Below the pieces are notes generated by a model. The model was given only the letters and a program-made list of their open reading frames with translations, had not been told where the DNA came from and ran no database searches. This document shows, in pieces, positions 9,414 through 16,363 of a stretch of DNA of 18,184 nt. The stretch's first letter is position 1. Each line of letters starts with the position of its first letter. The stretch is from Myxacorys almedinensis A (GTDB lineage Bacteria > Cyanobacteriota > Cyanobacteriia > Leptolyngbyales > Leptolyngbyaceae). The stretch is taken from positions 39,802-57,985 of the forward strand of contig NZ_WVIE01000002.1 of the NCBI RefSeq assembly GCF_010091945.1, written 5' to 3'. The position numbers and the translations under genes are program-made.

Positions 9414-10529
9414 ATGGATGTTGTTGTCACTGGAATTGGGCTGATTTCGGCGTTAGGTCATTTAGAGCAAACCTGGACAGGGTTGGTAGAGGGTCGCTCC
9501 GGCATTCGTCTCTGCCAACCCTTCTCCCATTTAAAGCCGCATCCTCTAGCGTTAATCGAAGCTTATCCAACCGATTTCTTGAGCTTGACGGAACGTGTCC
9601 TGCACGATGCCCTGCACGATGCGAACCTTGAACCTCCATTCCCTGAGTGTGGCGTGGTCATCGGGTCGAGCCGGGGCAATCAGGCACAGTGGGAGAAACT
9701 GACTACGAATCCGGAGAATTTGTGCGGTTGGCTTAACACGTTGCCGAATGCAGCCGCGATCGCAGTGGCGCAACACATTCAAACTCAGGCGATGGTGTTT
9801 GCGCCCATGGCAGCCTGTGCTACGGGTTTGTGGGCAATTGTTCGAGCCGCAGAACTAGTTCGCAGGGGGGAAGTGGAACGGGCGATCGCGGGAGCGGTGG
9901 AAGCCCCGATCACACCCTTGACGTTGATTGGATTTGAGCGCATGGGTGCATTAGCGAGAACAGGTGCCTATCCGTTTGGTCGCGATCGCGAGGGTTTGGT
10001 TTTAGGCGAAGGCGGTGCGATCTTTGTTCTGGAGTCGGCGGACGTTGCAAAACAACGAGGAGCACAGGTTTACGGGCAAGTGTTGGGATTTGGGCTAACG
10101 GCAGATGGGTATCATGTCAGCGCACCAGAACCGGGATGTGGAAGCGCGATCGCAGCCGTTCAGCAGTGCTTAACTCGGAGTGGATTAGCGCCTCAAGACA
10201 TCGACTATATTCACGCTCACGGAACCGCAACTCAACTCAATGATCAAAACGAGGCTCATTTAATTCAAAAATTGTTTTCGCCGCAAATCTGCGTCAGTTC
10301 GACGAAAGGATCGACAGGACACACGCTGGGAGCGTCAGGCGCATTGGGCGCGGCGTTTTGTCTAATGGCGCTGAGGCACCAAGTTTTACCGCCGAATGTT
10401 GGGCTAAAGCAAACTGACTTTAATTTGGCATTTGTGAGAAACGCTCAAACTGCACAGGTTCGGAATGTTCTTTGCTTGAGCTTTGGCTTTGGCGGTCAAA
10501 ACGCCGCGATCGCCTTTCAAGCCATCTGA
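9414..10529 (+). CDS. Beta-ketoacyl synthase family protein (KAS I/II, FabF-like), unusually short at 371 aa.
   Basis: The ATG at 9414 abuts the TAA of the upstream PPIase (9411-9413). The sequence shows VVVTGIGLISALG, the active-site Cys in APMAACATGLWAI, His in IHAHGTATQLND, His in KGSTGHTLGASGA, and the C-terminal SFGFGGQNAAIAF. So the Cys-His-His elongating-KS triad is intact. The N-terminal half is about 40 residues shorter than the FabF I remember (about 410-415 aa). Confidence 0.8.
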   Translation: MDVVVTGIGLISALGHLEQTWTGLVEGRSGIRLCQPFSHLKPHPLALIEAYPTDFLSLTERVLHDALHDANLEPPFPECGVVIGSSRGNQAQWEKLTTNPENLCGWLNTLPNAAAIAVAQHIQTQAMVFAPMAACATGLWAIVRAAELVRRGEVERAIAGAVEAPITPLTLIGFERMGALARTGAYPFGRDREGLVLGEGGAIFVLESADVAKQRGAQVYGQVLGFGLTADGYHVSAPEPGCGSAIAAVQQCLTRSGLAPQDIDYIHAHGTATQLNDQNEAHLIQKLFSPQICVSSTKGSTGHTLGASGALGAAFCLMALRHQVLPPNVGLKQTDFNLAFVRNAQTAQVRNVLCLSFGFGGQNAAIAFQAI

Positions 10530-10586
10530 CAGAAGATTGAGTCTTGAGGAACCGTAAGTGCGCTACCGTAACCATTAGAAACCGTT

Positions 10587-12149
10587 ATGACTGGCGTTAT
10601 GACCTTGACCGAAGAGATTCTAGCTCAGATTCCGGGCGATGCGTTGGCACAGTTGCGGCGGACAGATGGGCTGTGGAAATCTATGCAAACAGGAGCCTTA
10701 ACAGTTCCAACCGTGGTGCAAGAAAGCGATCAACTTTTAGAGATCGTGGAGTGGGATGTGATTATTTCGGGGGGCACTCTCGGAATTTTGATCGGGGCAG
10801 CACTGGCGCAAAAGGGGTGGCGGGTGGCGCTGATCGAGCGAGGAGTTTTGCGAGGGCGGGATCAAGAGTGGAATATTTCTCGCAAAGAACTGAAGGTATT
10901 TGTGGAATTGGGATTGTTGACAGAAGCGGAGTTAGAAAGCGCGATCGCAACTGAATTTAACCCCGTCCGCATCAGTTTTTCTCAAGAGTCAGAAATTTGG
11001 GTCAAAGATGTTCTAAACGTTGGTATCGATCCGGTTTATTTGCTCGAAATATTAAAATTACGGTTTCTTGAAACGGGTGGAATACTAATCGAAAATACTG
11101 CGTTTGAACAAGTGACAGTGCATCCAAACGGAGTCACTGTGAAGGCAGGAAATGATTTTCATGGGCGACTGTTGCTTGATGCAATGGGACATTTTTCACC
11201 AATCGTCCGGCAAGCAAGACGAGGTAAAAAACCGGATGCCGTCTGTCTTGTTGTTGGAACGTGCGCCACAGGATTTCCTAAAAACGATTCTGGGGATCTC
11301 ATCACTTCTTTTACGCCGATCCAAAATCAATGTCAGTATTTTTGGGAAGCATTTCCAGCGCGAGATGGAAGAACAACTTATATGTTCACCTATTTGAATG
11401 CCGATCGCGATCGCATCTCGATCGAAGAATTTTTTGAAGAATATTTGCGCTTGCTTCCCAAATATCAGAACATAACGCTTTCTCAACTTCATTGGAAACG
11501 AGCATTATTCGGTTTTTTTCCGTGTTACCGCGAAAGTCCGTTAAATCTATCCTGGAATCGAATACTACCTGTTGGAGATAGTAGCGGTAGTCAATCTCCC
11601 TTAAGTTTTGGTGGCTTTGGAGCAATGGTACGTCATCTCAAACGCTTGTCCCAAGGAGTTCATGAGGCTTTGGAATGTGAGGTTTTGAACCATCAAGCCT
11701 TGTCACTATTGCAACCTTATCAGCCTAATCTTTCAGTCACATGGTTATTTCAACGAGCCATGAGTGTTGGCAGGAATCAAACTGTGCCGCCAAACCAAAT
11801 TAACCAGCTATTAACAACCGTATTCAACGAAATGGCGCAATCTGGGGATCACATTCTTAAACCATTTTTGCAAGATGTTGTGCAGTTTGTACCTTTAACA
11901 CAAACGCTGTTGAAAACAGGAGTTTTACATCCAGGATTGATATTAAGAATTCTGCCTCAAGTTGGGCTAACAAATCTGCTCGATTGGATGATGCATTTTG
12001 CAAATCTAGCGCTTTATGCTGGGCTATATCCGATTGGCATATCGCTACAATCCTGGATAAAACGGTTATCTCCGACCCAGCAATATTTCTGGAATCGCCA
12101 ACTTGAAGCGTGGAAATATGGGTCGGGTCGTGACTATTTAGAGGACTAA
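10587..12149 (+). CDS. FAD-dependent flavoprotein, probably of the CruA/CruP lycopene-cyclase-like family.
   Basis: This is a 520-aa ORF. It has an N-terminal dinucleotide fold with an atypical glycine motif, WDVIISGGTLGILIGAALAQKGWRVALIERG, followed by LRGRDQEWNISRKEL. I associate the GGTLG...GR.QEWNISR pattern with CruP/CruA-type proteins of cyanobacteria and plants. This comes from memory and was not verified. Confidence 0.5.
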   Translation: MTGVMTLTEEILAQIPGDALAQLRRTDGLWKSMQTGALTVPTVVQESDQLLEIVEWDVIISGGTLGILIGAALAQKGWRVALIERGVLRGRDQEWNISRKELKVFVELGLLTEAELESAIATEFNPVRISFSQESEIWVKDVLNVGIDPVYLLEILKLRFLETGGILIENTAFEQVTVHPNGVTVKAGNDFHGRLLLDAMGHFSPIVRQARRGKKPDAVCLVVGTCATGFPKNDSGDLITSFTPIQNQCQYFWEAFPARDGRTTYMFTYLNADRDRISIEEFFEEYLRLLPKYQNITLSQLHWKRALFGFFPCYRESPLNLSWNRILPVGDSSGSQSPLSFGGFGAMVRHLKRLSQGVHEALECEVLNHQALSLLQPYQPNLSVTWLFQRAMSVGRNQTVPPNQINQLLTTVFNEMAQSGDHILKPFLQDVVQFVPLTQTLLKTGVLHPGLILRILPQVGLTNLLDWMMHFANLALYAGLYPIGISLQSWIKRLSPTQQYFWNRQLEAWKYGSGRDYLED

Positions 12150-12154
12150 AAATT

Positions 12155-12979
12155 ATGGAATTTTCAACTGCTCGACAGCGATTTTTTAACGAAGTACGGC
12201 AACCCGATGAGCAGATCGATCTTGAGAAAGCTGCGCTTTATATTGCTCAGGAAGCTAATCCAAATTTAGAGGTTAATCAATACTTAAATACCCTCGATGC
12301 GATCGCGGCAACTATTCGGGAGCAATTGCCTGAAAATCTCTACCCTCTGCGGCTTGTGCAAGCAATTAATCACCACCTTTATACCGATCTAAATTTTTCT
12401 GGCAATCAAATAGACTATTACGATCCCCGCAATAGTTTTCTCAATGAGGTGATCGATCGACGAACCGGAATCCCAATTACATTGTCGTTAGTCTATCTTG
12501 CGATCGCAAAGCGACTAAACTTTCCGATGGTCGGAATTGGCATGCCGGGACATTTTCTCATTCGCCCGGAGGTAGAGGAAATGGAACTATTTGTTGATCC
12601 GTTTCATCAGGGTGAGGTTTTATTTATGCAAGATTGTCAGCATCGGCTAAATCAAATGTATGGGCAGCCTGTAGAGATGCAACCCACGTTTTTAGAAGCG
12701 GTCACAAATCGCCAATTTCTCGCCCGAATTTTGACAAATCTAAAACATATTTATCTCAATCGCCGGGAAATTAATGCCTGCTTATCCACGATCGAGCGGA
12801 TTTTGATTCTCTTTCCTGAAGCCCCGTTTGAACTGCGCGATCGCGGCGTGATCTACTTTCGGACTGACCGTTGGATCGAAGCTCGACAGGATTTAGAAGC
12901 GTATTTGGCAATTATGCCTGCTGCTGATGATCGAGCGATCGTGCAAAATTTGCTGACACGGATCGAAAGCTTCTCTTAG
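12155..12979 (+). CDS. SirB1/YchA-like protein (transglutaminase-like fold plus C-terminal TPR).
   Basis: This is a 274-aa ORF starting 5 nt after the preceding stop. YYDPRNSFLNEVIDRRTGIPITLSLVYLAIAKRLNFPMVGIGMPGHFLIRP resembles the conserved core of the E. coli YchA/SirB1 family (UPF0162). The C-terminal helical repeats (ELRDRGVIYFRTDRWIEARQDLEAYLAIMP) are TPR-like. Confidence 0.7.
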   Translation: MEFSTARQRFFNEVRQPDEQIDLEKAALYIAQEANPNLEVNQYLNTLDAIAATIREQLPENLYPLRLVQAINHHLYTDLNFSGNQIDYYDPRNSFLNEVIDRRTGIPITLSLVYLAIAKRLNFPMVGIGMPGHFLIRPEVEEMELFVDPFHQGEVLFMQDCQHRLNQMYGQPVEMQPTFLEAVTNRQFLARILTNLKHIYLNRREINACLSTIERILILFPEAPFELRDRGVIYFRTDRWIEARQDLEAYLAIMPAADDRAIVQNLLTRIESFS

Positions 12980-13007
12980 CGTTTCTAGCGCGTTTCTAAC
13001 GTTGGTT

Positions 13008-13463
13008 TCATTGCCCCTGTTGAACGCTTTCTGCAACTCGTTTTAGCCGTTTTAATTGAGCTTGCATATCTGCCTCAGTCCATTTTGCGGCAAATTGGTG
13101 AAAGCCAAATTGGATCAAGGGATTCGGAATCTCAAATTCAAACCGATTGAGCAAGCGAGTGCCCTGAGATTCGGGTTGGCATTCCCAGCGATCGCACCCC
13201 TTAAAAAATCCTTCAAATTGCCACACAACTAAGCCCGGTTCTCGCTCAATTACAATAATTTTGAGTGCCGGTTGCAACACAGGAATTTGAATCACAAATC
13301 GGCTTTGTGCCCCAATATCTGTTGACCAACTATCCACTGGTTCGCACCGAAGTGCCGGATTTAACCAGCGATGCATCAGGGTTAAATCTGTAAAACATTG
13401 CTCTACGATCGTGGCAGTTGCATTGACTAAGATAGAGTGTTCAAAAACTTCTAGATTTGACAT
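13008..13463 (-). CDS. SRPBCC (START / polyketide cyclase-dehydrase-like) superfamily protein.
   Basis: The track ORF 13008..13472 starts at TTG. An ATG at 13463 gives MSNLEVFEHSILVNATATIVEQCFTDLTLMHRWLNP..., with GGAG 13 nt upstream. Three things fit SRPBCC proteins: the size (about 150 aa), the pattern of an N-terminal beta strand and helix followed by W..W in a beta-rich core, and the long C-terminal helix (KWTEADMQAQLKRLKRVAE). This is weak, pattern-level evidence. Confidence 0.5.
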   Translation of the reverse strand: MSNLEVFEHSILVNATATIVEQCFTDLTLMHRWLNPALRCEPVDSWSTDIGAQSRFVIQIPVLQPALKIIVIEREPGLVVWQFEGFFKGCDRWECQPESQGTRLLNRFEFEIPNPLIQFGFHQFAAKWTEADMQAQLKRLKRVAESVQQGQ

Positions 13464-13947
13464 TTTCGTCAATCATCTCCAGGATAAAAAGTCAGGGATT
13501 TAGCAAAGGTTAACCAAAAATATAAAACTTCTAACTGGAGATATTGTCCTGTAAGATAGCCTATCTTCTGCTCAAGAAATATATCTTTAGCATGAGGAAA
13601 TACTATAAATAGTCATGCCATTGTCACTAGGCATCGTAACTTTAGCAACTCAGTCGATAGTTAGGGCGAAAGGAGCCATCTTAGCGTTGTTGCCAAATCT
13701 CATTGAAAACTAAAAAAGTGTTTCTGAAGCCTTTTCTCTAACTAAAGATAGCAGTACTCTAAGGATGCAACCTACTTTGCTCGATTATTTCGCGCACTCT
13801 AGAGCGACACTTGTATCTTAAGTTGATGTACAAGCTAGTTAGTCGATTCTAGACGGCTACTTTCCCAAAAGTAGCGTTTGTGCATCTTGTTTAATTCACA
13901 TCTTGTTTACTTGTTTAATTCAATAGATAGAGGCTAACTAGATCACC

Positions 13948-15636
13948 ATGAACGAACTTTGGCAAAGTTTTGGCTCTGCTCCAGGGCTGCATCTACCGCC
14001 AGGATTTTACCCGGTGTTGGTGCAGGCTCCGGCAGAAGCCCCCCTGCCCCCCAATTCAGTCCCTTACCTCCCCGGACTCGGCGCAAATGTTGGTAATGTC
14101 GTCATCAATCTTATTGGCGCGATCGCAATTCTCTTGCTGGGTTGGCTAATTGCCAGCGTTGTTTCAAGTATTGTGCGGAGCTTGCTCAAAAAAACAAGCG
14201 TTGACAACCGGATTGCAAGCTGGGCAACCGGAAACTCAGGCAGACCCACCGACTTCAATGTTGAGGGCTTGATTGCCTCGATCGTATTCTGGATCATTAT
14301 GATCCTGGCACTGGTTGCCTTTCTCAATGTTCTGAATCTAACGACGGTTTCGCAACCTCTCAATAATTTCCTCAATCAGATTTTTGCGTTTCTGCCGCGC
14401 TTGGGTTCGGCGGCAATTTTGGCTGCCGTGGCGTGGCTTGTGGCAACGTTAGCAAAAACGGTCGTTATTCGGATGTCGCACTCGTTTGGGCTAGATGAGC
14501 GCATCGCCGGACAGAGCGACGACCCGTTAGCAACTAACTCGTTTCTCTTAAGCGAGACGCTCGGAAATGCGCTGTATTGGTTCGTTTTTCTATTCTTTCT
14601 ACCCCTAATTTTGGGCGTTTTAGATCTGCAAGGTCCGCTTCTGCCGGTACAGAATCTGCTGAACGAGATTTTGGGAGCGTTGCCGAACATTATTAAGGCA
14701 ATTATTATTGGGGCGATCGGTTGGTTGATTGCTCGCGTGGTGCGAGGCGTGGTTACCAACTTGCTATCGGCAACTGGAACGGATCGGTTGGGATCTCAGT
14801 TTGGCATTGGTCAGGCGACTGGGGGACGGACGCTTTCGTGGCTGATTGGCACGATCGTATATGTGCTGATTTTAATTCCGACGGCAACGGCAGCGCTGGA
14901 TGCATTGCAGATTCCGGCGATTTCGGGACCGGCAACAGCGATGCTCAATCAGATTCTCAATTCGTTGCCCCTTATCTTTACGGCGGCGGCAATTCTGGCG
15001 ATCGCTTATGTAATCGGTAAGTTTATCGCCGATTTGGTTTCTAGCATTTTGTCTAGCGTTGGGTTTGACAATGTGTTTTATTGGCTGGGGTTGCAATCGG
15101 CTCCCTACACGCCGAGAGTTCCGCCGACTCAGTACGATACCGAATTTCCCACCGGAGAAACGATCATTCAAGATACCGATGTGAGAAAGTCGTCGGTGCG
15201 ATCGCCCTCGGATATTGCAGGGGTTGTGGTGTTGGTTGGCATTATGCTGTTTGCGACGGTTGCCGCGACGAATATTCTAAATATTCCGGCATTGACGGCG
15301 ATCGTGAGTGGGTTGCTGCTGATCTTTGGACGAATTTTAGTGGGTTTGGTTGTGTTTGCGGTGGGTTTGTATCTGGCAAATCTGGCATACAGCCTCATCA
15401 CAAGTTCTGGATCGCGGCAGTCGCAGATTTTGGGGCAAACAGCGCGGATTGCGATTATTGGTTTGGTAACAGCGATGGCGCTTCAGCAGATGGGAATTGC
15501 GCCGAATATTGTTAACTTGGCATTTGGTCTGTTGCTAGGTGCGATCGCAGTGGCAATTGCCATTTCGTTTGGTCTGGGTGGTCGCGATGTTGCGTCTGAG
15601 CAGTTGCGCGAATGGCTGAAAGACTTTAAGCGATAG
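13948..15636 (+). CDS. Polytopic membrane protein composed of five 'conserved TM helix' type repeats (a repeat also seen in MscS-family mechanosensitive channel relatives). No MscS beta-domain was recognised.
   Basis: This 562-aa ORF has five recognisable internal repeats:
- NVVINLIGAIAILLLGWLIASVVSSIV
- FLNQIFAFLPRLGSAAILAAVAWLVATLAKTVV
- LLNEILGALPNIIKAIIIGAIGWLIARVVRGVV
- MLNQILNSLPLIFTAAAILAIAYVIGKFIADLV
- IVSGLLLIFGRILVGLVVFAVGLYLANLAYSLI. Confidence 0.6.
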   Translation: MNELWQSFGSAPGLHLPPGFYPVLVQAPAEAPLPPNSVPYLPGLGANVGNVVINLIGAIAILLLGWLIASVVSSIVRSLLKKTSVDNRIASWATGNSGRPTDFNVEGLIASIVFWIIMILALVAFLNVLNLTTVSQPLNNFLNQIFAFLPRLGSAAILAAVAWLVATLAKTVVIRMSHSFGLDERIAGQSDDPLATNSFLLSETLGNALYWFVFLFFLPLILGVLDLQGPLLPVQNLLNEILGALPNIIKAIIIGAIGWLIARVVRGVVTNLLSATGTDRLGSQFGIGQATGGRTLSWLIGTIVYVLILIPTATAALDALQIPAISGPATAMLNQILNSLPLIFTAAAILAIAYVIGKFIADLVSSILSSVGFDNVFYWLGLQSAPYTPRVPPTQYDTEFPTGETIIQDTDVRKSSVRSPSDIAGVVVLVGIMLFATVAATNILNIPALTAIVSGLLLIFGRILVGLVVFAVGLYLANLAYSLITSSGSRQSQILGQTARIAIIGLVTAMALQQMGIAPNIVNLAFGLLLGAIAVAIAISFGLGGRDVASEQLREWLKDFKR

Positions 15637-15666
15637 GGGTTAAGTCCTACGGTAGAGAATTTCACT

Positions 15667-15706
15667 AAAAAAAGAGCGCTCGGCAGGTCTGAAGCGCTCT
15701 TTTTTT
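15667..15706. terminator. Bidirectional intrinsic terminator between the convergent 13948..15636 (+) and 15717..15935 (-) genes.
   Basis: AAAAAAAGAGCGCT (15667-15680) pairs perfectly with AGCGCTCTTTTTTT (15693-15706) around a 12-nt loop. The A-tract/T-tract symmetry places a U-run after the hairpin on both strands. Confidence 0.8.
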
Positions 15707-15716
15707 GGGTTGGGTG

Positions 15717-15935
15717 TCAATCCATGGCTTCCAGGTATTGATCATCGAGCAGAAAGGAACCGTTGCTAAACCGAATGACCCAATAGCCGCCGGGGCGACG
15801 ATCGAGAACGATTCCTTCTTCTCCGACTTGAATGATGGTTGACGGACGTAGGGTTGGTACTGTGTCTGCCGTTTTCACATAAGGCGGCGACGCAATCAGA
15901 CAAACTTTGGAGCCGACCTGAAATTCTTTTGACAT
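15717..15935 (-). CDS. Small conserved cyanobacterial/plastid-lineage protein, DUF3148-like.
   Basis: The 72-aa ORF reads MSKEFQVGSKVCLIASPPYVKTADTVPTLRPSTIIQVGEEGIVLDRRPGGYWVIRFSNGSFLLDDQYLEAMD. The PPY.KTAD..P.LRP ... RPGGYW.(I/V)RF ... FLLD pattern matches what I remember of DUF3148 proteins. It has a clean terminator downstream. Confidence 0.55.
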   Translation of the reverse strand: MSKEFQVGSKVCLIASPPYVKTADTVPTLRPSTIIQVGEEGIVLDRRPGGYWVIRFSNGSFLLDDQYLEAMD

Positions 15936-16101
15936 GGGCAGTGGTGAAGTGAAGGGGTAACTTCTTTAGTAGAACGAGTCTGATGGCAAATTTACACCCT
16001 ATTGAGGCGGAAATTGTTGGACGGCTCGGATTTGTAATGCTTTCAATGGGTGATCGATCGCGAGAGCTTCGCTTTACAGAGTGTTCGCTCTTGTTTTGAG
16101 T

Positions 16102-16264
16102 AGGAATCATCCTGTTTGAACTAGGAGTTGTCCTGTTTCAGATCGGAATCGTCCTGTTTTAAGTCGAAGCGATCGCGAACCAACATCGAGCGATCGCACT
16201 TCCGCTAGGAATTGTCCTGTTTTGATTTGCAACGATCGCTACCCAACATCAAACGATCGCACTT
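16102..16264. repeat. An array of four phased palindrome-containing repeats (consensus TAGGAATnrTCCTGTTT). The last two are extended to 51-nt direct repeats carrying paired HIP1 or HIP1-like sites. This is a candidate operator array or structured leader upstream of the NLR-like locus.
   Basis: TCCTGTTT occurs at 16110, 16131, 16152 and 16215, giving spacings of 21, 21 and 63 bp. The 12-mers are AGGAATCATCCT (16102-16113), AGGAGTTGTCCT (16123-16134), CGGAATCGTCCT (16144-16155) and AGGAATTGTCCT (16207-16218). The 51-nt units at 16151-16201 and 16214-16264 are about 80% identical by my hand alignment. Confidence 0.7.
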
Positions 16265-16363
16265 TTTCCATCAGCATTGCGGCTCTCTGTAGAAATTTTG
16301 AGTATTTGCGGAACAACATTGATTCTTGAGGTAGAAAAGATGTAGCCCTTACACGGAGTCGTG

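Noticed and set aside
10544-10954. Track ORF 10544..10954 (+), 136 aa.
   Set aside because: It overlaps the 5' end of the 520-aa flavoprotein ORF in another frame. Its translation is Arg/Gly/Ser-rich, whereas the 10587 frame contains a clear dinucleotide-binding fold.
14064-15665. Alternative-frame and antisense ORFs within the TM-repeat gene (14064..14375, 14376..14759, 14721..15020, 14872..15171, 15081..15515, 15168..15401 and 15483..15665).
   Set aside because: The 13948..15636 frame is continuous for 562 codons with a coherent five-fold repeat structure and its own terminator. The others are shadow ORFs.
15766-16110. A 114-aa ORF (-) overlapping the DUF3148-like gene and running into the repeat array.
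   Set aside because: It is out of frame with the well-formed 72-aa ORF. Its translation is Ser/Arg-rich (SSRRRRNRSRSSPRR), typical of a spurious frame.
16102-16264. The repeat array as a CRISPR array.
   Set aside because: There are only four short units and the 'spacers' are 9 nt or are themselves repeated. The unit sizes differ (21 versus 63 bp), and there are no cas genes in the window.
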